DNA of 64,000 nt, taken from assembly GCF_018977255.1 (NCBI RefSeq), contig NW_024704743.1, positions 38,442,001 through 38,506,000 on the forward strand. Direction: 5' to 3'. This stretch comes from Callorhinchus milii. Lineage: Eukaryota. Below the pieces are notes generated by a model, which was not told the DNA's origin, ran no database searches, and saw nothing but the letters and a program-made list of their open reading frames with translations. The position numbers were made by a program, and so were the translations under genes. This document shows, in pieces, positions 11,601 to 22,802 of the stretch (position 1 is its first letter; each line of letters starts with the position of its first letter).

Positions 11601-14600
11601 AAAATAGTAATAATACTAATAATAAACCTTGCATTTGACATAGCTTCTTTTCATGTCGTTGGAATGACTCAATGCCCTTCTTCACATGATTTTACTATAA
11701 AATATAGTGACTGTATATTTGTAGGTGAAATCACAACCAATCTGCACACCAGTCCCACAAATTGCCATATAGTGAATGAATCTGAATTATCTGAATTAAA
11801 ATAACTGAGTATCGTGTTCATCCATGGCATTATTTGAAAAGAGAAGGGAGTTTCGCAATGTCCTGGCCAGGAATGTTGATTTCATTTCAAGGTTATTTGT
11901 GGAAGTTCTTGTGAGTAAATTAGCGTCCGTGTTTGTCAACAAATACAGTCACTACCCTGGAGAGGAATTTTCTGAGAACAGTTCTTGAAATATTTGGTGA
12001 GGTGGGTGCTGTTTTAAAATGTAAAGATAATAATTTAGAAATCCAGAATAGAACTGGCTACCCAAATGATTTTTAGGTAACTAATGTTCTTTGACTGGGT
12101 TGCTCCCTGAAACATTACAAATATGTGTTTATTAGGAAGCCAAAATTGCAAAGTTGCATTCATAGAGCCCTCAAGTTAAATCTGTTTTTCTTTTAATTGC
12201 AGTCAGGCAGACTGTGATCATTTGGCTGAAGGGGCAAAAGACCTGATGCAAATGGTTGACTTGCACGGGGATGAAAGTGAAGCCACAAATTTAGAAAACA
12301 AACAATCTGATCCTGGAATGGAAGTGGCTTTTTGTGATCAGCAAAGTGAGGACCAATTTCCTACAGACGAGAAAGCAGCTGAGGATTTCTGTGACAAAAG
12401 CAAATTCCAAGACAGGGTTTTTGATGCAAGAAATGAAAAAACAGCGCCTGAACCTGAAGATATGGACAATGGATCTGTTGTTGAGTAGGTTAAAAATGAA
12501 GTGCGGCCTTGTTATAACACGTTTCACTATAGCACTAGTTTAAGCGCTCCGAGACGCTATCCTGTGTGAAGTATAAATTCAAGTTATTGTTTTTGTATTA
12601 GTTTATTTAGAACCCCTGTAGGTTATGGATCCTTTCAGTATGTATGCACATGACCTCTTGCACTAAACATTGCCGAGTTCCAGGTCATTAGCTTGCCACC
12701 TTTGTTGTTTCTCGCGTGATGTACAGCGATGGGAAGTAAAATCTGTGGAGTCCCAGAAGTCTGCCATTTTGGCTTCCCGTACCCTAAAGGTGGCTGACTC
12801 CTGGACCATTAGGGTGCCAGTGACATCACTTGTTGCATCGCACAGCGCAGAAGAAGTGACATGGGTTGTGACCCATTGACCTGGAAATTGGTCCTTTTCT
12901 TAAATATGGGATCTGGCCAGTATTCAGAAACAAGCCAGTCAATGTGCAGTGAAACTGTCTATCGTGGCCTCATTATAAGATGAGTTGGGAACTTATGGCC
13001 CCAACTCCAACCTTATTACTGAGTTCTACTGTCCAATGCACATTTTAATTGTATATAAGCCTGATGTACATATATTTTGTTCATCGAGAATCCTGGTCAC
13101 CACCAGAGAAGGTTGGCGAAAACAGATAAAGTTGCCATTAAATTAGTTGAGTTTTTAACTCTTGTAGATTGTAGGAGGAAGGCATCATTGAGGGGTGGTA
13201 AGGAATTCCACTGCAGGGAGATCTTGAAAGAAGGTTTGAGTCTGGGATGGTGTGGTACATTTTGAGTGTTGAGAGGACCATTAGGTGATGCATGTTTTAG
13301 AGCTTAAAAAGAAACCTCAGAGGGGCAATGGACACAATAGTATAAATTGAAAATGGGGAAAGACGACAACAACAGTACATTTGTTATAGTGCCTTTCATG
13401 TTGGGAGGTCGTCCCAAGGTGCTGGAAACCAAGGTTGTCACGGAGAGATGGGAGGCAATAATTCAGATTTCATCTCACCACTTGAACAACACACACTTTC
13501 TTTCAGTCTCAAATTGTAATACAAATACAGCTTTCCAGTAAGAAAGACTTTTACTTTGAGGTGCATCAAGACAATAGAACAAGAGGACTGAGTTTAGAGT
13601 TCCAGTGCAATTTCAGGACAGACACCAAGGAAATATTTCCTTAGCCAGAAGGTAATTACCAACTGGAACCTTGAATCTTTTGGTTTGTTAGGTAGGAGAA
13701 TGGATGCGTCAGTTTCAGTTGATAGGACAGACTGAAGATCAGAATTGGGGCTTTCCCAGTCTGTATGGTTCTGCTTCACTCCAGGCAGAGGTTTTACCCA
13801 CTGAAGCTATTCTTTGTATGTATAATGTATGAAAGCTGTGTTGAGGTACTTGCCTGCGGAATTCTTAAAGCAGCTGTTTCTGATGGTACTTATTACAGAA
13901 TAGTTGCCTATCAGGGGCATTGGTCTTGACTAGATGAGCTCAACTGTTATGTGCTGAACAGGCGAGGGGAAATTTTAAGGACTTGTTTGAATTCAGCCAC
14001 GATTTAATCCTTAATGCTGAACAATAGTTTACTAATTTATTTTCAGAGACGAAGATTTGTATCGTGACGAAAATGAGATAGAAGAAGAAAAATCTAAGAT
14101 CATTCTTGCTCATGAAAATCAGATCACTGGTAATGTTTTCTTCTTACCTCTTGCCCTATCTTCCTCTCTCTTCCTTCCCCCTTCATTTGTCTTCAGGAAC
14201 CTAAGGATTGAGACGATCTAACTGTTTTACTATGCGTGTTCAGGTCAACAATCCCCCAAAATGAAAACAATCAGTCATTCACTTCATGACTATTTGTGGG
14301 ACATTGCTGTGCATAAAAATGTCTGCTGCGTTTGCCTAAAAAATACAGTCATTGCACTTTACAATGTAATGAGCTTTGGCTCATATCACCTTGAAGAGCG
14401 TATTATTATATTATCAGCTCATCTACTGATAATTGCACTACATTTATCAGTGATCACACAGAATTCATTCCTCTTAGCCCTTACTCTGAATGTGAATTTG
14501 CAAGAGCCCAAAAACTATGACTATTTCTTTTTGTTGGTTCTGCTCAACACCATCATGTCGTTGTGCATTCCTACTCCAACTCAGTAATTATAGTATGAGT

Positions 14601-17600
14601 GCTCCACCACTGTCAAGCGCTCTGGGACGCTACCCTGTGTAAGGGGCGCTATGTAAATGCAAGTTGTTGTTGTATGCCCGACCTCATGGCATTTCTTTTA
14701 CAACCCTTTTAAAATACAGGTTTGGAGTTTCCTAACCATTGCTAAATGTATTGGCCCACAATTCCCCCCAAATAAAAATTGGTTATTCACTTCATGTTGT
14801 TTGTGGGAGACATTGTTGTGCACAAATTGGCTGCAAGGATGCAAGGATTGTTATATTTTGTACTTTTTAACCTGTGGGATACACTGCGATGTAAGTGTTG
14901 TACTTTTGCTTCAGTTTCTTTATTTTAGAAACTCACCAGTTTTGCTGGGGGAAACAGCTTGTTGTTTTGAATCTTCCGATCTTTAGAAAAAAACTAAAGT
15001 TGACTCTATTTGGATTTGCTTCCAAAAGCAGCAGCAAGAGACCCATCCAGCCTTGAACCTAGTGTTGTCATTTTGGAATATTGTGCAAGAGAATGGAAAA
15101 GCAGTACAACAAAAGCACAGCTAATGAAAAAGGTAAAACACTTTTTATGGGACTTATTTGTGAACGTTTATATTTGTAAGTGAAATATTTTAAGTTCCAT
15201 GTCAGGACTCGTAGTCTAGACTGACGTCCTAGTGAAGCTGAGGAGCACTGCATTATCAGATGTGCTGTCCTTCAGATGGAGACATAAAACCAAGATCCTG
15301 CCTGCTTATTCGTGGTACATTAAAGATTCCATTAGAAAAGAGAAGGGAGTTTCTTCTAGTGTCCTGGCCAACAATAAAATTGCCCCTAGATAAAATAATT
15401 GTCACTCAGGTAATAGGTGTTTGAGGGACATTGCTCTGCACAAATTTGTTGCCAGGTCTGCCCTCAAATACACACTTACTACACTTTAATCAGGTTTATC
15501 AGCACAGAAACCAAATGCGGTTTATCGGCATGCAGCAGCCTTTAAAATTGAAATCTGTGCTGTTGTAATGTTATATGAGAAACCTAAACAATACCAGCAT
15601 TTATGGGGGGAAGGATTGCTTTCATTCACATCTGGAGCTAGTAATCTGCTCCTTTTCAGCTGTTCAACTAGAAATTTGAACCTGATTCAGCCATTACCTG
15701 TATATTTATTGGCATTTCAGCATAATGCTTTCAGGGCAGCATGATGGCAGTAATGCTTACTGTTTACCATGTACAGTTTCAGGGGCTTTCTCACGCAAGG
15801 CTTCCTGCAATGGTAATGATGTATGGCTTGTAGTTTCTATAATCTTTGTGCTATAAAATAATCGGTTGAAATGGTTTGTGCAGAATGCGAACCGAGACTC
15901 CAGTGGTCTCACTAGTGATTTACTGCTGCAGTTTTCATATATTGTTCCTGTTTTTCCTCTTCCAAATTATAGGCATACAACACTGTTCATGAAACTTTCA
16001 GCTCTGTGAGAAGAGTCCGGGGTGATAATTACTGCGCCCTGAGAGCCACCCTGTTCCAAGCATTGAGTAATATTGAACTTCCTAAATGGATACAAAAGGA
16101 TACATTCCTCCAGGTGCATTGCAATTTCTGTACCGTTCAATTAGTCTGTTGACTTAAATATAGTTTTCAGTTTTGCATCATAACCTTGTTCAAGACTTGT
16201 GTAAAAATATATGCACCAAATAAACATGAGAGAGAATGGAGGAAAGAGAAACTAGCTGAGGCATTTCAAATAAGATTGTAGCCTAGACATCCAGTACTTG
16301 TTTGACTGCTAATGTTTCAGTGAGTTGAAGATTGAAGGTAAATGCTGCTGCTTATTAATTGAAGATGAGCAACCATGTTGTGAGCTCTGTATCAGTAAAT
16401 GCAAATTTATTTCATTTCTTTATGCCCCCACGACCCCATCAAAGTTTAAAGTGTGTAACGGGAATGAGCGTGTGTGTCCGTGCTCAGGATAAGTTGAGGT
16501 TTGTTTGCCCTGACACTGAAGTTGCGTGGGAATCTGCTGGGTAAAGGCAGCACCAGTACCCATTACTGACCAGCAAGTTTGTAACGTTAGTTATCTGGTT
16601 TCAGATGTGACAGCAGTTCTGGACTACAATTGTGGGGTGTGGTGGAAGGAAGGGGGTAACATGATCCAGGATTTTAAGATTAGTTATTGATGATAAGGCG
16701 CAAGCAGGCTACTAGATGGTGCAGAAACATTAAAATGTTATTCAAATAAATCTCAAACAAGAATATAATTCCTCCCCCCCCCCCACACACAAGAGCATTA
16801 TACATGTAAACCAACTTGCAAACATTCAATTAATGCTTTGTCATTTAGAAAGCACAGTACAATTGTCACTGAAGTTTTGGGTTTATACCAGTGAATTGGT
16901 TGCTGATAGCCCACTGACGGAGTTGTTGTGTAATAGAGAGGGTGTAGCTTTACAAGTACTTTGATGACGGAGTACTAGCTTACAATGTTCTTTTCTTTCT
17001 GCAGTTTCCAGAAAAGCTGATCACTGAAAATTATAGCTGGATCAAACAGTGGAATTTTGGAGCTCAAATCTACGGGAATGAAGATCCCGTGGAAAAACTA
17101 AAGGAATATTTGATTCTGCTAAAGTGCAAGGTGCACATTTGTAATCATGTTTTGAGTTTTGTTCAGTTGTGTGCTCCCTGTCCATTATTTCAACCTGGTT
17201 TATTTGAATCTAGACAATTAGAATTGAGTCAATTTGTGGGTTTCACACAACTAATAATGAAGTGTGGGTCTTGCTAATTTGCCGCACCCATCGCTGGTGA
17301 ATTTTCCCCTTTTCCAGAATCTGGTCTCCTTTTCAAATCAAGATTCTAGAAACCTGATTTGTCTCATGTTCATTTTAAAAATATTTACCCGAATGACTTA
17401 TTTTTTTGAATCCTAATGATTCAAATACTTTGATGAGAGAGTACTAGCTTACAATGTTCTTTTCTTTCTGCAGTTTCCAGAAATAATTTTGATCTGATGG
17501 CCAATGTTTCAAAAGTGGTTGGTTCTAATCGCGCTGTATGAGGAGATGTTAAACCAAGGCCCCATCTGCAAAGGTCCCCATGGCACTATTAGAAAAGAGA

Positions 17601-20269
17601 AGGAAGTTTCTCTTGATGCCTTGGCCAAAAATCCTCTAGATAAAATTGGTTATTCAATTCATGGCTATTTGTGGGACATTATTGTGTGCAAAATCGACTG
17701 CTCCATTCACCTACAATATGACACACTATAGTATTTCCTGTGAAATGCTTTGAGATGTTTTGATGTTGTTATAAGACGTTATATCAAATTCAAAGATTAT
17801 TATTATTATCCAAGCCCCAGTCCAATTTTAATGGTGTTTTGGAAGTTGGTAAATGGGATGCAAATGCCAGGCAATGGAATTAACCTAGGAATGCATTAGA
17901 CCAGAAAGATAACCAGGGTCCATTTGGCTAATTCCAATTTCTAACATAGTTATTTAATATTTAAAGCTTGTGAGATGAGGAGGATGATTGTTCACGCTGG
18001 TATAATCTTACAGTCAAAGTGAGATGAAAAAATATTTCTTCACACAAAGAGCTGAAAGCAGTGTTCTGATTTATTTTTTAAAAAATCCTTCTTTTCGTTT
18101 TCATTCATGAAGAGGAATTCATTAAGTTCAACACTGGAAACCATGCACTTCTTTGAATCAGAAGCATTTGACTATTATTATAATATATATATAATTTATC
18201 ATTATTTTTTGAAATGTAATACTGTACAGTGCAGTATTTCAGTCCTTTGACTTGCGGCGCCATAAATTGGCATTGCGGCTTCACACTACTGCATTCTCCT
18301 TTCCATAAAGGAAATCTGTTCAGGAGCGAAGCAAAGTAGAATTAAATCACTCCAGGCTGCTCCAGCCTAGGTCATTGTTGTAAGATATTGCCAAACTCTA
18401 GCTCTGAACATTGCCTGTTTATATTGTGGGATGACAGAGGCCTTAGGATGCTTTAACTTTCATGTTCTTTCAGTGGACAGATGTATGTGGAATGGCTTCT
18501 CTGGAGGAACGACAGTCTGCTTGCGAAAAGATCTTCAGTGGTGAAATTGAAGAATACAGTTTGTTTGAGGCGCTAAAGTTTTTGATGTTGGTTAAGGCCA
18601 TTGAACTTGACCGTGATAAGCTACAAGAAAAGGAAGTTCCCCTTTTCTGCTGGTTGCTGTTTGCTCGGGATACCTCCGATAACCCTTACCTGTTCATGAA
18701 AAATCACTTGAACCATGTTGGCTACACTGGGGGACTAGATCAGGTGAGTAATAACACAAGTCACAACCTGAATATCATCACAACTGATAGCTTTGTATCA
18801 GTTTCAACAGGATCACATGTCATCTCTATTACTCGACATGCCTCAATTTATTTGCAGTTTGCATGAATTTAGTTATCTTCTTATACCTCAGTTGAGGTTT
18901 GATTACTTATAGCACTGAGCTCTGTAACCCTTAAAGTGTGAAATTAAGTTGAACAAAGTATCATTTTTAAATTCTGAATTTAAATTATAGGGGATAGAGG
19001 TGGAGATGCTAGGACTGTGTTACAGCAGAGACAGTTAAGAAAGGACATGGTAGAGGTGCTTAAGATAATGAAAAAGTTTGAGAGGATAAATGGTGAGGAA
19101 TTATTTCTGCTGGTACGGGATTCAAGTACAAGAGGGGACCGGGTGGATTTATGATTACAACTAAGAGCGTGAAAAGGAAAGTTAAGGGAAAAAAGTCCTC
19201 TGAGACAGGTTTCTGTGTTTGGATTGAATTGTTGATACATACAGCTCCTGTGAATGTCTCCACTTATTTTATTGTGTCCAGTTGAAGTGACTGTGTGTTT
19301 GTCCTTGAGGTTTGACGATTGAGCTCTTTGAGGTCATTATGAGAGTAACCCATGTTGAAGAGCAAATTGTTTTCTAGGTTTTCCTTTTCTTTGTTGAGGT
19401 AATAATTTGCTCCTCTCCCTCTTCCACCCCGGTTTAGTGCTTGGGATGTCCTCCTGACGTGAAAGGCGCTATACAAATATAATTTGTTGTTGCTGTTGTT
19501 ATCAGGAAGTCGTCATTGTGGGGAACAGAGTGAACCTGCACAGACCAGTCACTGTTTGCTATGCCAATTCAGTTGATAAAAATGATCCATATTAAAATTG
19601 AGGAAATTTGAGCAGGAGAAAAAATTAATTTCCTTTTGTCAGAGAGTGAAATATAGGGCTGCAAAATCCAATTTCACTTTTTTCAGTACAATATCGATGT
19701 ATTTTGAGGAGGGGAAATAGCTAGACACTTTATGCAAATATGACATTTCATGATAAATGATCCCACTGAAGTCTTGAATTAAAACGCCAGGAGTATTGTG
19801 TCACGATCTGGACTTCTGGAAACCATGGCACATTTGGCAAAATGATCTACGTACCCTTATATGTAAATGTTTGCTCTCGTTTCATAAGTATCACAATGAC
19901 GGCAGAAGTTTGGGTCGTGGATAGTTTTAGTGCTGAATATTTTACGTTCACGTTTTATGTTTTGATGGTGGGGACGGGGGGAAAGAGGTTAGGAGACAAA
20001 GCTTTGTAAGTATTTGAGAAGAAGTTACCCCTCGTAAACCTGTTCTTAAACTCATGCTCTGGCTTCTCTTTCAGGTCGAAATGTTTCTTCTGGGTTACAC
20101 AATGCAGCTGACGATCAGAGTGTTCAGGTTGTACAAATTTGGAACTGATGAATTCATCACCTTCTACCCCGATGACCATCAAGAGGACTGGCCTGTGATT
20201 ACTCTTATAACTGAGGATGACAGGCATTACAATGTACTTGTGGGAGAGTCTGAAGTATCTGAGTTGTAA
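5451..20269 (+). CDS. OTULIN: OTULIN-family Met1-linkage (linear) deubiquitinase, spliced gene, 11 coding exons, 674 aa; OTULIN or a close catalytically intact paralogue with a long N-terminal extension
   Basis: Exons 5451-5641, 8047-8238, 9436-9645, 11064-11294, 12203-12484, 14047-14129, 15029-15132, 15973-16113, 17005-17130, 18474-18743, 20075-20269 join at GT-AG boundaries with consistent phases into one 2025-nt ORF. Motifs DEDLYR (PIM-like), [54 protein letters not shown]-terminal SEL. Lies tail-to-tail with ANKH as in the human OTULIN locus. The last six exons are secure; the first five rest on splice/phase consistency. Confidence 0.85.
6290..6850 (+). mobile_element. Decayed L2-clade LINE, pre-RT region
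   Basis: Translates to [16 protein letters not shown]...NY*...[10 protein letters not shown]...QL, like the L2 consensus KPTLDP...NYRPISNLPFLSKVLE. Confidence 0.7.
7190..7563 (-). mobile_element. tRNA-derived SINE (same family, longer internal segment); a partial copy follows at about 7575-7685
   Basis: (taa)n tail, Deu-like core, head ...gagctgcaggactcc. Confidence 0.85.
8047..8238 (+). CDS. OTULIN: OTULIN-family gene, N-terminal extension exon (192 nt, phase 2-2)
   Basis: tttag|t acceptor, aa|gtaagt donor; open E/Q-rich frame ([15 protein letters not shown]...QDNP) that stops just past the donor. Confidence 0.7.
8400..9175 (+). mobile_element. Decayed L2-clade LINE 3' region
   Basis: Pyrimidine-rich L2-like text (DIK.WM..NFPHLN..KTEAILF) ending in an L2 tail. 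Confidence 0.65.
9436..9645 (+). CDS. OTULIN: OTULIN-family gene, N-terminal extension exon (210 nt, phase 2-2)
   Basis: taaag|g acceptor, gg|gtaagt donor; [16 protein letters not shown]...MLKDN. Confidence 0.7.
9690..10140 (-). mobile_element. Older DeuSINE-type element, near full length; related copies near 2030-2345, 10660-11015, 15200-15490, 17520-17810, 33620-34030, 42180-42460, 49730-50060, 50750-51140
   Basis: Reverse complement matches the 38660-39050 body and head. Confidence 0.8.
11064..11294 (+). CDS. OTULIN: OTULIN-family gene, N-terminal extension exon (231 nt, phase 2-2)
   Basis: tgcag|c acceptor, ag|gtaaaa donor; [12 protein letters not shown]...ENCDHRD. Confidence 0.65.
12203..12484 (+). 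CDS. OTULIN: OTULIN-family gene, acidic N-terminal extension exon (282 nt, phase 2-2)
   Basis: ttttcttttaattgcag|t acceptor, ga|gtaggt donor; strongly D/E-rich frame [14 protein letters not shown]...NGSVV. Confidence 0.72.
14047..14129 (+). CDS. OTULIN: OTULIN exon carrying the PUB-interacting-type motif ([16 protein letters not shown])
   Basis: tttcag|a acceptor, g|gtaatg donor; resembles human EEDMYRAADEIEKEK (HOIP-PUB-binding PIM). Confidence 0.9.
15029..15132 (+). CDS. OTULIN: OTULIN exon (…[26 protein letters not shown])
   Basis: Resembles human [21 protein letters not shown]; donor aag|gtaaaa; tandem in-frame acceptors give possible starts at 15029, 15032 or 15035. Confidence 0.9.
15973..16113 (+). 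CDS. OTULIN: OTULIN exon with catalytic Cys ([17 protein letters not shown]; Cys codon 16033-16035)
   Basis: tatag|gca acceptor, cag|gtgcat donor; 141 nt, phase 0-0; signature OTU Cys box. Confidence 0.96.
17005..17130 (+). CDS. OTULIN: OTULIN exon ([19 protein letters not shown]...LLKCK)
   Basis: 126 nt, phase 0-0; resembles human LPEKLISKYNWIKQWKLG. Confidence 0.94.
18474..18743 (+). CDS. OTULIN: OTULIN exon (WTDVCG...[11 protein letters not shown]...GGLDQ)
   Basis: 270 nt; ttcag|tgg acceptor, cag|gtgagt donor; contained in ORF 18462..18866. Confidence 0.96.
20075..20269 (+). CDS. OTULIN: OTULIN terminal coding exon with catalytic His/Asn (EDDRHYN) and class-I PDZ-type C-terminus (-SEL)
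   Basis: 195 nt including TAA; His codon 20225-20227, Asn 20231-20233. Confidence 0.96.
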   Translation, partial: VEMFLLGYTMQLTIRVFRLYKFGTDEFITFYPDDHQEDWPVITLITEDDRHYNVLVGESEVSEL

Positions 20270-20537
20270 GAAGTGATCTCTTAATAACTATAAGATTATT
20301 ATAAGATGTGAATCATCTCTTAAGATAAAACTTGATCTTGAAATAATTTTTTAGTTCAGAATTTTTTCTGTAAATATGAAGGGGGTGAGGGTGCTTTTGA
20401 ACACAAGCCGACAAACAAGGAGTACTGTATATATTTTTATCTAATCCAAAACATTTAACATTTTTGTACTAATTCTGTTCAGAAATGGGAACTGGTTGAG
20501 ATGTGATTTTTGTACAGTGTACAATTAATACTATTTT

Positions 20538-20543
20538 AATAAA
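20538..20543 (+). terminator. Candidate polyadenylation signal of the OTULIN-family gene
   Basis: AATAAA about 270 nt after the stop codon in an AU-rich 3'UTR-like stretch. Confidence 0.5.
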
Positions 20544-21264
20544 TATGATGGTTTAGCAGTAGCTCTGAAGTGTGAATGAAAGCTACTGTCAATTTTTAGA
20601 CATGTTTTTGGTCCATTGGGAGTCTGACATATTTGGAAACCCATCATCATGCTTAAGTATTCAAACCAGGCAGAGTTCCACCTTTGCTTGCCACAGAAAT
20701 TTTCCATTAGTCTACAATGGATTCTCTGTGGAGGGACACATCCTGTTTATCTAATTATGGAACCTATTATGCACGGTTTGTCAAGAGCCAAGGCCCAAGG
20801 AGTGTGTGTTGGGGCAATGCTGGAGTTTAACCATCTCAAACTACACAGCTTGTTATTGTGAACACTGTCTGGCAAGCTTTCCCACTACTAGTCCAGCTAG
20901 AACCACCTGATAAGAAGAGAGAAACTTGCCAGACTTGGGAAGAATCCCTGCTCCCAGTGAGCGGTCTGCTCCTCCATATTCTCACAATGAACTAGGATAG
21001 CTGAGCAAGGCTAGGGTTTCCAAGTACACTAGCAAGACGGACTTTCCGGCCAAGTATCATTACAATGCCAATACCGGCATTTCCCAGCATTTTTCAATGA
21101 TGGAAAATTCTGGTTGAATCCCGCGAACAGAAGACAACAGATCAGCTTTTTTTTTGTGGGATTCAAACTGAGAAAGTCGAGATTTTCGGTGATGGGTTTT
21201 GTGGGGGGTGGCACTAGGAGAGTGGTGGCAGGACTCTACATGTGTGTGGGCTGTGGAATCTGTT

Positions 21265-21530
21265 TCAAACCCTAGCCAGCTCTGTACCTACCTACCTACC
21301 TGCCCGTACCCTCCGTTCCTCCGGCTCCGGTCTGCTCCACGTCCCCCGCCCCAATCGCACTACCGTTGGTGGTCGGGCCTTCAGCCTCTCAGCCCCGAGG
21401 CTCTGGAACTCTATCCCCAGTGCCTTCGCCGCTTCCTCCCTCTCCTCCTTCAAGGCCGGTCTCAAAACCTTTCTCTTTGACCGAGCCTTCAGCTCCCCTC
21501 TCGACTCTCTTCCCCCTTCTCGCTCCCTCC
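21265..21530 (+). mobile_element. L2-clade LINE ORF2 C-terminal fragment
   Basis: YLPARTLRSSGSGLLHVPR...GGRAFSLSAPRLWNSIP...FKAGLKTFLFDRAF. Confidence 0.88.
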
Positions 21531-22796
21531 CATCCCTCCCCTCACCCTGACCACTAAGTCCGCTAAGCCGGAGGTACTCCCGACCTGCCTTGCTCAAGAA
21601 ATGGACCTTGAGATCCGCACAGAGGATCAACTTGATTTCTGATATTCTATGTCGGCTTGGAGCCAGCTCAACCCCAATAAGATCACACTTTCTGCCTTTT
21701 ATTTCCCCCACCTGGCCCCACCCAGAGAGGATAGTCATTAAACATCTGCCAAGTGTAAGTTTGAGACCTCACTAGCTGGATAGCATGTACCAGGAACTCC
21801 TTGTGATATTTATTATGTTTATAGAGGTGTACAGTCCCAAGTAAAACTTAAATACTTGAGGATTGGGGCTGCCCGGACTTCGTAAGTGACCACCTCATTG
21901 TCCTTCCCTTGGGACCATAACTGTTGCATGGATATTGGCTCAAGATTTTTGGGATCACTGCTGTATTACCTACATTAGTATTAACCAATATCACAATGTG
22001 TGATGCAATGAGATGTTGCATTATAAATGTGCAAAAAAAAGTTCGAAGAGGAGGAAACAAAGTCAAACCTAAGGGACTGTTGGAATATTGTAAACCGATC
22101 GGTATATACTATACACATTATTTCTGAGAAGGCTTTTTTGTTTCAGTTTATTATTGATAACCTATTAAATAAGACACATTTTTACAATAGTAGTCATGAT
22201 TTACAAATATAGGACTGTAAAACAAGCCCTAGTTTTATAGAGCAACTTCAAACTAACCTCCCCACTCCCAAAATATAGAGACATTTTCAGCATAGGAGGC
22301 TATTGGGCCCATCAAGTCTGTGCCACAGCGCCTATATTACTAAAATCTTTTCTTTCAAATCCACTTTTTCCCATATGCTTTCACTGCCTCGTTGTCTATT
22401 CAGTTCATTTGTGAAGGATTCCAGTTGTTCATCCCTGTGTCAATAAATTACAAACCCCATCAACTTTGAGTGAAGAAATTGCTTCTAATCTCCCTTATTT
22501 TTTCTTTCAAAAGCTTGAGGCTGTGACCCTTGTGACTGATTCCCTGATGAAAGACAATAGTTTCCCCTATTTACCTTGTTACTTTCCTTCCGAATCTTAA
22601 AGACCTCTAACACATCATCCTTCTTCAATCTCCTCTGCTCCAGTGGATGAACAGTTCAAACATCAACTTTTCCCATTCCCTTATGTTAGTAGCTATTTCC
22701 TTCACATAGCCCACAGAAGGTCCACATGACTCCCATGGGATGAATCAGGAAACCTAGAGTGCGCAAATTCCCCAGCTTACATTGAGCAATAGAGCT

Positions 22797-22802
22797 TTTA
22801 TT
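22797..22802 (-). terminator. Candidate ANKH polyadenylation signal (implies a 3'UTR of about 2.4 kb)
   Basis: TTTATT on + (AATAAA on -) at the end of a largely repeat-free, AU-rich stretch running from the ANKH stop codon. Confidence 0.55.

Noticed and set aside
14047..20269. Assignment to OTULINL/FAM105A
   Set aside because: The catalytic Cys and His-x-Asn are intact and PIM-like and PDZ-type motifs are present; OTULINL is a pseudo-enzyme
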